Part shown: one piece after another, positions 1 through 8,568 of the stretch
How positions within the stretch are numbered: position 1 is the first letter of the stretch
How the letters are laid out: each line of letters begins with the position of its first letter
DNA from: Candidatus Eiseniibacteriota bacterium
Lineage (GTDB): Bacteria; Eisenbacteria; RBG-16-71-46; CAIMUX01; VGJL01
Length of the DNA: 64,000 nucleotides
NCBI GenBank assembly: GCA_041946735.1
Contig: JBHGAY010000023.1
Coordinates: 1-64,000 of the forward strand
Reading direction: 5' to 3'
Translations under genes and position numbers: made by a program
Notes under the pieces: model-generated
What the model saw: the letters and a program-made list of their open reading frames with translations, nothing else
Database searches by the model: none
Told to the model about the DNA's origin: nothing

Positions 1-1026
1 GGCGCGCCCGACGCTGTAGGCGGGGACGGTCAGGCTCGACGCGAGCGCGAGCGAGAAGAGCGGTGCGAGAGTGAAGATCGCGGCGAACAGGGCGGGACGG
101 CGAAGCGGCGGCGGCGGCTCGCCGGGGCGCATCGCCAATGCAGCGCGGGCCCGCGGGAGGAAGGCGCCGATCAGCAGCGCGGCGGTCGACGCGAGCGCGA
201 GGATCGACAGCGGCGCGGAGCCCCACTTCCAGTAGTACCAGCGCTCGGCGGGAGCGAGCGGCCAGACGCGCGCGCCGCTCGTGAACGCGGCGAGGCTCTC
301 GAACGGACCGAGCGCGAGCGGAACCTTCCGCCAGTAGGCGTGGAGCCAGACGTTCAGGCTCGTGTGGATCGCGAGCTGATCCGGGACGACGAGAACGAGG
401 TACGGCAGCCAGACGAGGAACGCAGCCGCCTGCGCGAGCAGCCAGCCTCGCACCTGCCGACGCCCGCAGAGAAGCCACGCCAGGTTCGCGGCGATCACGA
501 TCCCGGGCGCGACACTGTGCGTATAGAGCAGGCAGGCCTCGGCGAGGGCAACGATGCCGAGCCAGCGCCGCCGTCCCTCGAGCACGCGCGCCGTCGCGGT
601 CATCAGGACGAAGCTGAAGAAGAAGAGAACCGCGTAGGAGCGCGCATGGCGCCCGTAGTAGATGCCGTGCGTGCCGAGGGCGTAGAAGGCGAGCGGCGCC
701 TCGACCCATCCGCGGATCGGCGGGGCGGCGACGAGCCAGGCCATCGTCGCGGCGGACGCGGCAACCGACAACGCCCGGGCGGACGCCTCCCCGGGAGGGA
801 GATGCGGCAGGATCAGCCGCTGGATCTCGTAGTAGAGGGGAGGGGCATCGTCATCGCGGACCGCTTGCACGTGCTCGCGCCACGGGAGACCCGCAGTCCA
901 GACCGTGTACGCCTCGTCCATCCAGAGACCGTCGCCGGCCAAAGAGGCGGTTCGCAAGGCGAGCCCGAGGAGGATCCAGAGGACGATTCGCGCCACCGTC
1001 GATCGCCGGGTCCGCAGCTTCCCCAC
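1..1026 (-). CDS. GT-C fold membrane glycosyltransferase (GT39/GT83/PMT_2-like), 3' end runs off the window
   Basis: Not in the ORF track; my manual minus-strand translation gives MGKLRTRRSTVARIVLWILLGLALRTASLAGDGLWMDEAYTVW...DDAPPLYY...RHARSYA followed by several TM segments. W-x-DE after TM1, PPLYY and R-x-Y are typical GT-C motifs. Start codon uncertain. Confidence 0.75.
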   Translation of the reverse strand, partial: MGKLRTRRSTVARIVLWILLGLALRTASLAGDGLWMDEAYTVWTAGLPWREHVQAVRDDDAPPLYYEIQRLILPHLPPGEASARALSVAASAATMAWLVAAPPIRGWVEAPLAFYALGTHGIYYGRHARSYAVLFFFSFVLMTATARVLEGRRRWLGIVALAEACLLYTHSVAPGIVIAANLAWLLCGRRQVRGWLLAQAAAFLVWLPYLVLVVPDQLAIHTSLNVWLHAYWRKVPLALGPFESLAAFTSGARVWPLAPAERWYYWKWGSAPLSILALASTAALLIGAFLPRARAALAMRPGEPPPPLRRPALFAAIFTLAPLFSLALASSLTVPAYSVGRA

Positions 1027-1112
1027 CTCCTTCTGCTCTTTGCAGCGTCGTGCGGGCGGCGAAGCCGCATCACGCACGGCAGGGATTGTATCAGACGACT
1101 CGAGATTGCGTG

Positions 1113-1163
1113 AGGGCAGGGCCAGCAACAGGGCAGGGCCAGCAACAGGGCAGGGCCAGCAAC
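1113..1163. repeat. Perfect tandem repeat, 3 x 17 bp (AGGGCAGGGCCAGCAAC)
   Basis: Copies at 1113-1129, 1130-1146 and 1147-1163, between divergent genes. Confidence 0.95.
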
Positions 1164-1179
1164 CGGCGGAATCACTGGC

Positions 1180-1205
1180 TTGACACTCGCCGGGGGGCGT
1201 ACACT
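1180..1205 (+). promoter_or_regulatory. Possible sigma70-type promoter (TTGACA ... TACACT)
   Basis: Consensus -35 TTGACA at 1180-1185 and -10-like TACACT at 1200-1205, but the spacer is only 14 bp. Confidence 0.3.
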
Positions 1206-1304
1206 CCATGGCGTCGAACCGGGGGCCACACGCGGAGAGATGGGAGCCCAGCACCCTCGACAACGCGCCTCTCTTGGGGTGTTCGAAAGACGGAGGTCAC
1301 GGGA

Positions 1305-2447
1305 ATGAAGGTCGCGATCCGGTTTCCTTTCCTCCTCCTCCTGTGCATCGCCGCTGTCCCACCCGCTCACGCGGGCAAGAACGCCGGCGGAACGCTGATC
1401 GTCCACACGAACGACGCCGTCTACTTCCGCTACCCGGATCAGTACTGCAATCCGGAATTCGAGCCGGGAGCCTGCGAATCCGCGGTGACCCGGACCGATC
1501 ACGCCGAGAATCAGGCGAGCTTGGTCTGGTTTCTGGCCGCCTTCCCGCAGTACTCCCAACCGGCGGTGACCTCGATCTCATTCGGGGTTCGCCACAATCT
1601 CCCGATCGGTCAGGGATACGTGTTTGCCTGGTCGGCCTGCGGAGCCTTGCCGTTCCAGGATCCGGAGCCAGGATTCCCCGACACTCCCGGCGGAGACACG
1701 ATGGACTTTCTGGATCCTGTCCGGGACGCCTTCTTCCCGTTCTCCTGGTTCGCGGCCTACGGCTTCCCCGACGCGTACTTCGGCTCCAGGCCCGATCCGA
1801 GGCTCGGGGTCGCCCAGTTCGTCGACGACGTGCTCCCTCCGAATGTCGACCAGGCCGAAGCCTTCGGAGAGGTGCGCTGGTATGCCGAGGGAACGAACGA
1901 GTGCCCTACGGCCGACGTGGTCGTCTGCTGTCTGCCGACCGGGCTCTGCGTAGTGCAACCGGCAAATGTGTGCGTCGAGGAAGGTGGCACCGTCCTTCCC
2001 GGCTACGACGCCTGCACACCCGATCTGTGCGGGACGAACCAGTTCGGAGCCTGCTGTCTCGACGACGCATGCCGGATCTCGCAAGCGGAGGCGTGTGAAG
2101 ACGCCGGTGGCATCTTTTATGGGATCGGATCGACTTGCGATCCCAACCCCTGCTTCTCGGAGTTCGGGGCTTGCTGCGACGGCGATGTCTGCGCCTTGAA
2201 AACCAGGCTGCAGTGCGAGGCGGACGGCGGGGAATGGCTCGGCTACATCCCCTGTGACCCGGTCAACCCGTGTCCGCTGGCGGGCGCCTGCTGCATGCCC
2301 GACGGAAGCTGCACGTTGTCGCTGGAGCAGGACTGCGTGGACAGCGGCGGAACGTGGACCGATTCCGGCGTGCCGTGCCTTCCGAACCCGTGCCCGACCG
2401 CGGTTCAGCCGACGACATGGGGGAGGGTCCGCGCGACCTATCGATAG
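1305..2447 (+). CDS. Secreted Cys-rich repeat protein (GACC...C...GG...C-x-PNPC repeats) with C-terminal TWGRVRATYR motif; paralog 1
   Basis: ATG at 1305 after GGAGG; signal peptide MKVAIRFPFLLLLCIAAVPPAHA; four Cys-rich modules; 380 aa, same length as and colinear with 2492..3634. Confidence 0.85.
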   Translation: MKVAIRFPFLLLLCIAAVPPAHAGKNAGGTLIVHTNDAVYFRYPDQYCNPEFEPGACESAVTRTDHAENQASLVWFLAAFPQYSQPAVTSISFGVRHNLPIGQGYVFAWSACGALPFQDPEPGFPDTPGGDTMDFLDPVRDAFFPFSWFAAYGFPDAYFGSRPDPRLGVAQFVDDVLPPNVDQAEAFGEVRWYAEGTNECPTADVVVCCLPTGLCVVQPANVCVEEGGTVLPGYDACTPDLCGTNQFGACCLDDACRISQAEACEDAGGIFYGIGSTCDPNPCFSEFGACCDGDVCALKTRLQCEADGGEWLGYIPCDPVNPCPLAGACCMPDGSCTLSLEQDCVDSGGTWTDSGVPCLPNPCPTAVQPTTWGRVRATYR

Positions 2448-2491
2448 ACAGATAGAGAACGAGATAGCGGGCGGGAGAGAAGGAGAGGCCG

Positions 2492-3634
2492 ATGAACGTG
2501 AACCGCTTTCGCCTCGGGTCGCTGATCGCGCTCCTCGCAGTGATTCCGTGCCTCGCGCAAGCAGGGAAGAACGCAGGGGGAGCGCTGATCGTCCACACGA
2601 ACGACGCCGTCATGTATCGATACCCCAACCCCCTCTGCAATCCGGAATACGAACCGACCAGCTGCGAAGGGGCGGTCACCCGGAGCGAGGCGTCGGGCAA
2701 CTTCCCAACCGTCACATGGTTTCTCGCCGCCTTCCCGGACGGCTCGGAGCCGGCCGTCACCGAGCTACGCTTCGGAGTGCGGCATGGCTTCCCGCCGGGC
2801 CAGGGCTACTGTGTCGGCTGGATGCCGTGCGGTCCCAATGTGGCCGTCGACGTCACGGAAGGGTTCCCGGATACGCCCGGCGGAGCTCGGATCGCCTATT
2901 TGGACGTGGTCCGCGACCCCTTCTTCCCGGTCTGTTTCTTCGGCTTCTGGGCGCTTTCCGGGAGCTATCTCGGCACGGGCCCCGATCCTCGTACCGGGGA
3001 AGCACACTTCGTCGACGATCTCGTCCCAATCACCCAGGACGGAATCGAGCGGTTCGGCGAGGTCCGCTGGTACGACGACGGCTACAACGACTGCCCGTCG
3101 GCCGAGGTGGCCGCCTGCTGCCTCCCGAACGGGTTCTGCGTGATGCAACCCACGGATGTCTGCATCGAGGAGGGGGGCGATGTCCTGCCCGACGACGCTT
3201 GTACTCCCGGCCTTTGCGCGCCTGACGCATTCGGAGCCTGCTGTCTCGACGACCTGTGCCTGATCTCGGCGCCGCAAGCGTGCGAGGATGCTGGCGGCGT
3301 CTTCCAGGGGATCGCATCGACGTGCGACCCGAACCCTTGCTTCCTGATGTTCGGGGCCTGCTGCGTGGAAGGCGTCTGCAGCTACAAGACGAGGCTGCAG
3401 TGCGGCAGGGACGGCGGGGAATGGCTGGGCTACATCCCGTGCGACCCGGTCGACCCGTGTCCGTTGGCGGGCGCCTGCTGCATGCCCGACGGAAGCTGCA
3501 CGTTGTCGCTCGACCAGGACTGCCTGTACAACGGCGGAACGTGGACCGATTCCGGCGTTCCGTGCGTTCCGAATCCGTGCCCGACCGCCGTTCAGCCGAC
3601 GACATGGGGAAGGATCCGCGCGACCTATCGATGA
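2492..3634 (+). CDS. Secreted Cys-rich repeat protein with C-terminal TWGRIRATYR motif; paralog 2
   Basis: AGGAG upstream; signal peptide ending AQA; same architecture as 1305..2447 with near-identical 3' DNA. Confidence 0.88.
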   Translation: MNVNRFRLGSLIALLAVIPCLAQAGKNAGGALIVHTNDAVMYRYPNPLCNPEYEPTSCEGAVTRSEASGNFPTVTWFLAAFPDGSEPAVTELRFGVRHGFPPGQGYCVGWMPCGPNVAVDVTEGFPDTPGGARIAYLDVVRDPFFPVCFFGFWALSGSYLGTGPDPRTGEAHFVDDLVPITQDGIERFGEVRWYDDGYNDCPSAEVAACCLPNGFCVMQPTDVCIEEGGDVLPDDACTPGLCAPDAFGACCLDDLCLISAPQACEDAGGVFQGIASTCDPNPCFLMFGACCVEGVCSYKTRLQCGRDGGEWLGYIPCDPVDPCPLAGACCMPDGSCTLSLDQDCLYNGGTWTDSGVPCVPNPCPTAVQPTTWGRIRATYR

Positions 3635-3722
3635 AGCATAAGGCGAGGAGCGAAGCGACCGGTGCGGGATTGGAGAGCGACGTTCGACCGACGGCTCCCA
3701 GCGTGCGCCCCTGCCGCGAGAT

Positions 3723-4373
3723 CTAGCGTTCGCTCTCCCGCCTCTCCGCGAGCAGCTCCAGGATCTCCTCGTCGGTCGTCTGATCGAACCTCTCGTAGTG
3801 CGCACCGACCGCGTGGAACGGCTCGGGCATGTAGCCGCAGTACACCTCGTCCACCTCGCGGCTGATCTGGCTGCATGCTGCGCGCGCGGCGACCGGGACT
3901 GCCACCACGACCCGCTTCGCGCCATCCGCGCGCGCGGCTCTCGCAGCGGCCAGCATCGTCGCGCCGGTCGCCAGGCCATCGTCGATCAGGATCACCGTTC
4001 TGCCCTTCAGATCGATCGGAGGCCGCTCGCCGCGATACAAGGCCTCGCGTCGCGCTCGCTCCTGCTCCTCGCGCCGGACTACTTTCTCGACGCTCGCCGC
4101 CGGAATCCCGAGCGACCGAATGAGCGGGATGTTCAGCAGCGTGCGCCCCCCGGACGCGATCGCGCCCATCGCCAGCTCCTCCTGCCCGGGAAGGCCGAGC
4201 TTGCGGACGACCACGACGTCCAGCGAGAGGCCCAACCGCTTGGCGACGACGGCGGCCACAGGCACGCCGCCTCGCGGCAGGGCGAGCACCACGACGTCGG
4301 ACATGTCGGCGTAGGCCTTCAACTCCTCGGCGAGGAAGAGACCGGCGTCGGCGCGGTCCCGAAACGGCTTCAT
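3723..4373 (-). CDS. Phosphoribosyltransferase family protein (Rv0571c-like)
   Basis: FRDRADAG N-terminus, LALPRGGVPVA, PRPP-binding motif VILIDDGLATGAT, AVGAHYERF. Start placed at MKPFRDR. Confidence 0.9.
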   Translation of the reverse strand: MKPFRDRADAGLFLAEELKAYADMSDVVVLALPRGGVPVAAVVAKRLGLSLDVVVVRKLGLPGQEELAMGAIASGGRTLLNIPLIRSLGIPAASVEKVVRREEQERARREALYRGERPPIDLKGRTVILIDDGLATGATMLAAARAARADGAKRVVVAVPVAARAACSQISREVDEVYCGYMPEPFHAVGAHYERFDQTTDEEILELLAERRESER

Positions 4374-4534
4374 CCCCTGATGTGGCGCCTTCACGAGCCT
4401 CGCTCCTTCCGTCGGCCCGGTCCCTCGTTCCTTCACATTACGAGACCGCGCCGAACGCTCAAGCGCCAGAAAGTCGCCGATGGGCCGGTGACCGGACCGT
4501 CACGATGGCGCCGGCGACGTTTTGGCCGCTGCGC

Positions 4535-7500
4535 TCAGTCCCGCGCGCCGGCCACCGCCCCTCGTCTCGAGTCCAGCCACAGCCACACCACCGGGATCAA
4601 CAGGACGACGATCGCCGCGATCCCGTTTGCGCGCGCCCAGCCGTCCGGCTCGGCGGCGAGGGCGAGCGGGGAGCGAAGCACGAAGAAGCCGTAGATGGCT
4701 GCGAGATACGCGAGCGGATTCCCGCGAAGGAGGATCCGGGCGAACAGGACGATTGCGACGACCGGAAGCGCGAGACGGATCGCGTTCTGCAGCGCCTCGG
4801 CGCCGGACCGCGCCGGGAGCAATACGATCCCGAGGAGAAGGCTTGCGAGGATCGCGATGCGCAATGCGCGCCCCGGCGCCTCGCGGGAAGGAACGACGCG
4901 TACGAGTGCCGCGGCGACGATCCCTGCGAGGAACGTGCCGCCGATCGTCGAGACGATGGCGGACAGCGCCGGAAGGGCGCTGCCCAGATGCGCGGACACG
5001 TCCAGGCCCGGGGGCGCCGCGCTCCTCGGGAAGGCGGCGGCGAGCCACAGGCCGGCGTTGCCGATCACCTTCGCCGCAAGCGGAGCGAGGACCAGGGCGA
5101 GCAACGCCGCCGGAAGCATCGACCGGCGAGCGCCCCGGTCCAGCACGGCCGTGATCGACGGTTGCAGCGCACGGGCGAGCGCTGCCCCCGCCCACGCGAC
5201 GAAGAAGTAGAGGATCGTCGCCGTCAGGAAGCCGACCACGACGACGAGCAGGTAGTTCCCCCACGCGACCGTGGTGTCGTAGCGATAGAGAACACGCGGT
5301 ACCCCGGCAACGGCGCTCAGCAGACCGAGCGCCGCGCCGAAGATGCCGAAGCGCAGGAACTGCTTCCAGCCAATGCCTCGCAACGAGGTGCGGCTGGCGT
5401 CGCGGAAGGTGAGGGCGAGGAGCCCCAGAGTCCCGACCAAGACCAGCGCGAGCGCCAGCCCCCAGAGCGCGTTGTGCCGTCCCCGCTCCCGTTCGTACGA
5501 CTCCGGGATCTTGAGAGAGAGCCCGAAACTGCCCGGCTGATCGCCGTTCACCGTCGCATCGACCCGGTACCGCGCTTCCCCGGTCGTCCGGGGATCGCCC
5601 AGCGTCGATTCCCACGTGAACTCATGATCGGTCCGCTTCGGTCGCGGCTTCTCGGACGACTCGGTCTTCTCCATTCCGGCGACGTCGATCCCGGCTGCAT
5701 CGAGGACGGAGACAGCGATCGACTCCGCCCGCGCGCTCGAGACGGTCGGTAGGCTGTCACGCTCGGCGACGCGATGCTCGAAGGCGACGACACGCCCCTT
5801 CGCCGCGTCGACGCGCACGCGCACCTCCTCGGCCGACAGCGGCCGGAAGCGGCGCACCGACCAGCTTTGCGCGGGGAGGAGCCCCGGCCATAAGCGTCCG
5901 ACCTCGTCGAGACCGGCGTGCGACAGGACGTAGCGCTCGGCGTCGGGATTGACCTCCTCGTTGAACTGCCACACCGTCCGGCCGTCCTCGTAGCGGATCG
6001 CCTGGCCGCTCAGGAAGTCGCTCGCCCGCCGCATCGCTTCCGCGCGTCCGATCCGCACCTCCGGCTCGGGCGCCTCGATCGAGCGCGTGGCGGCCCAACT
6101 GATCGCGAAAGCCGCGACGATGCCCGCGCCGAAGATCCACGCCGTCCGGGCGGACAGCGGCGGCGCAGGCGCGATGACGCCGGCGCGCGCCCCCGTGTCC
6201 TCCGACGCAACCGGCTCGGAGCCCCCCGCCGCGGCCGAAGCTGCCGCCGCTTCGACGCTCGCCTCCGCCTCCTCGATCGGCTTGGGCGCGGTCGCGTCGT
6301 TCTCGTGACGCATCGGCTCTGGGTCCGCGAAGCGTCCGGTCCGAAGGTACGCGACGATCGCGACGGCGAGCGGCAGGAGCATGACGCACCCGGCGAGGAT
6401 CGTCGTCGTGACGTAGTACGGATTGCCGGATCGCAGCAGCAGGTAGCCGGAGTACATCGCGTCGACCGTGTAGTGCCAGACGAGAAGCGCGAGCACGTTG
6501 AACCGGATCATCAGCACTCCGATCAACACGCCGGCGAGCCCTACCTCGAGGCCGCGAATGTAGAAGGGCTGATTCGGATAAGTCGAATGCCCGAATCCCC
6601 AGATGAAGGCGGCCAGCACGACGGCAAGCCATCGGCTCTTGAACAATCGGTGAAAGAACGGGATCGAGAACGCCCGGCTCATGAACTCCTCGCTCACTGC
6701 CGGGAGGAAGCCGATGAAGAGCAGAAACGCCCACGGGAACGCGCTGTTCAGCAGCTCGTCGTACGGCACTTCGGCCGGGGACCAGGCTCCGAGCTTCGAG
6801 GCGGCGAGATAGAAAACCGTCTGGTAGGCGAGGAAGAAGCAGGTGAGCGCGAATCCTCCCACCGCCGAGAAGAGGAACTCCTTCGTCCGCAGCCCTTGCC
6901 AGCGGAACAGGCGCGCCAGGGAGAGCTTGCGCGGGAAATGCTCCCGGTACTCGCTCTCTCCCGCGCCGACGAGGACGGTGAGCAGAACGCCGAGGCCGAT
7001 CGCGCCGAGCAGGCTCATCAGGATCGTCTCGCTGAGGAAGCCACCGAACGACTTCGTCGTGTCGTATCCGTAGAGCGCCTGCGGGAGGCTGTTGAGCGAG
7101 GAGAGGAAGAGCAGCGAGGCCCCCACGATCCCGAAGGTGAGGGCGAAACGCCAGCGGACGAGGCCACGGCGGGCGTTCAGGAACAGGACGACCACCATTG
7201 CGAGCGCGGTCAGGACGAAGAAGACGCTGTCGACGGCGCCTGCCGCCTCGTTCTTCGATCTCAAGCCCGCATAGGAGCGCACCCACTCCTCGGGCACCTT
7301 CACGTACTGTCGATAGCCGCCGAGGTGATCGCCGCGGATCGTCACCTCGTAGCGGTACCGTCCCCCCTTCCAGTCGACTCCGGCAAGCTCCCAGGTGAAC
7401 GAGTGGTCCGCCCGCATGTCGAGATTGCGCGTGGTTGCTCCCAGGAAGCGGAGGCCGTCGAGCCCTTCCGGACGGAGGTGGCGAAGCTCCGCTTCGGCGA

Positions 7501-7999
7501 TCGCGCGCGCCTGCGGGACGTCGAGCTTCGCTCCCGGCACCTTCTCTCCGAGAACGTGATCGAAGCCGGCCAGCTCCCCGCCCGGCGTGATCTCGACGAG
7601 GAACTCTTCTTCCTGCAGCGGCCGGAACCAGCGGTGCGACCACTTCCAGATCCTCGCGCGCTCCGCGACGATCCGGTCCATCTCCTCGAGGCCGAGCTCC
7701 TTCTCGAGAAACGTCTTCGCGGTGTCGGCGTAGCTGAAGGCCGAGGCATAGCGATACCCCGCGAGGGGCCAGCCGCGCTCGGCCAGCCAGCGTTCCGCCT
7801 GCTGCCGGGATTCCTTGCGCCCGACGTCGAAGCGGATCGTCGCCTCCGGGAAGACCCGGTCGTAGAGCGAGAAGCCGAGCCAGAGGGAAGCGGCGCCGAG
7901 GAGAACGAGGAGCAGCAGCCGGAGGCGGTCGGTGCGGGTCAGGCGGAGCTGCGGCTTCAAGGAGGACGGCAAGCGATCGGCGGCCTCGTCATCGCTCAT
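4535..7999 (-). CDS. Large CPBP-family (Abi/Rce1-like) intramembrane glutamic endopeptidase with internally duplicated architecture
   Basis: Catalytic motifs SEEFMSR, IWGFGH and WHYTVD; many TM helices; two homologous extracytoplasmic blocks. ATGA overlap with the gmhA stop. Confidence 0.85.
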   Translation of the reverse strand: MSDDEAADRLPSSLKPQLRLTRTDRLRLLLLVLLGAASLWLGFSLYDRVFPEATIRFDVGRKESRQQAERWLAERGWPLAGYRYASAFSYADTAKTFLEKELGLEEMDRIVAERARIWKWSHRWFRPLQEEEFLVEITPGGELAGFDHVLGEKVPGAKLDVPQARAIAEAELRHLRPEGLDGLRFLGATTRNLDMRADHSFTWELAGVDWKGGRYRYEVTIRGDHLGGYRQYVKVPEEWVRSYAGLRSKNEAAGAVDSVFFVLTALAMVVVLFLNARRGLVRWRFALTFGIVGASLLFLSSLNSLPQALYGYDTTKSFGGFLSETILMSLLGAIGLGVLLTVLVGAGESEYREHFPRKLSLARLFRWQGLRTKEFLFSAVGGFALTCFFLAYQTVFYLAASKLGAWSPAEVPYDELLNSAFPWAFLLFIGFLPAVSEEFMSRAFSIPFFHRLFKSRWLAVVLAAFIWGFGHSTYPNQPFYIRGLEVGLAGVLIGVLMIRFNVLALLVWHYTVDAMYSGYLLLRSGNPYYVTTTILAGCVMLLPLAVAIVAYLRTGRFADPEPMRHENDATAPKPIEEAEASVEAAAASAAAGGSEPVASEDTGARAGVIAPAPPLSARTAWIFGAGIVAAFAISWAATRSIEAPEPEVRIGRAEAMRRASDFLSGQAIRYEDGRTVWQFNEEVNPDAERYVLSHAGLDEVGRLWPGLLPAQSWSVRRFRPLSAEEVRVRVDAAKGRVVAFEHRVAERDSLPTVSSARAESIAVSVLDAAGIDVAGMEKTESSEKPRPKRTDHEFTWESTLGDPRTTGEARYRVDATVNGDQPGSFGLSLKIPESYERERGRHNALWGLALALVLVGTLGLLALTFRDASRTSLRGIGWKQFLRFGIFGAALGLLSAVAGVPRVLYRYDTTVAWGNYLLVVVVGFLTATILYFFVAWAGAALARALQPSITAVLDRGARRSMLPAALLALVLAPLAAKVIGNAGLWLAAAFPRSAAPPGLDVSAHLGSALPALSAIVSTIGGTFLAGIVAAALVRVVPSREAPGRALRIAILASLLLGIVLLPARSGAEALQNAIRLALPVVAIVLFARILLRGNPLAYLAAIYGFFVLRSPLALAAEPDGWARANGIAAIVVLLIPVVWLWLDSRRGAVAGARD

Positions 8000-8568
8000 G
8001 GGAAGATCTCCCTCTCGACCAGCTCACAGATGATGTGGCCGGCCAGGATATGGCCTTCCTGGATCCTGGGGGTCTCGTCGGAATCGACGCGGAGGCAGAG
8101 ATCGACGAGCGGCGGAAGCGCGCCGCCGGTCCTCCCGGTCATTCCGGTCGTCACGAGACCCATCTCCCTCGCCTTGCGCAGCGCGCGCAGCACGCTCTCG
8201 GAGTTGCCGCTCGTCGAGATGCCGACGGCGACGTCGCCGGGTCGCGCGAGCCCCTCGAGCTGCCGCGCAAAGACCTCGTCGTAGCCGAAGTCGTTGCCGA
8301 TCGCCGTCAGGCACGAGCTGTTCGTGGTAAGCGAGACGGCGGCGAGTCCGGGGCGGTTCTTGTAGAAGCGTCCCGACAGCTCGCACGCCATGTGCTGCGC
8401 GTCGGCCGCGCTTCCCCCGTTGCCGAAGTAGAGAATCCTTCCTCCGTCCTTCAGGCTGTCGATCCACTGCTCGGCGATTTGGCGGATCAGTCCCGCCTGC
8501 GCCTCGAGCGACTGCTTGACGCGGATCGACTCGCGGATCCTGTCGACGATCTCCTCATCCCGGATCAT
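7996..8568 (-). CDS. gmhA: D-sedoheptulose 7-phosphate isomerase
   Basis: GNGGSAADAQH, IGNDFGY, ISTSGNS and RIQEGH motifs of the GmhA SIS family. Confidence 0.95.
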   Translation of the reverse strand: MIRDEEIVDRIRESIRVKQSLEAQAGLIRQIAEQWIDSLKDGGRILYFGNGGSAADAQHMACELSGRFYKNRPGLAAVSLTTNSSCLTAIGNDFGYDEVFARQLEGLARPGDVAVGISTSGNSESVLRALRKAREMGLVTTGMTGRTGGALPPLVDLCLRVDSDETPRIQEGHILAGHIICELVEREIFP

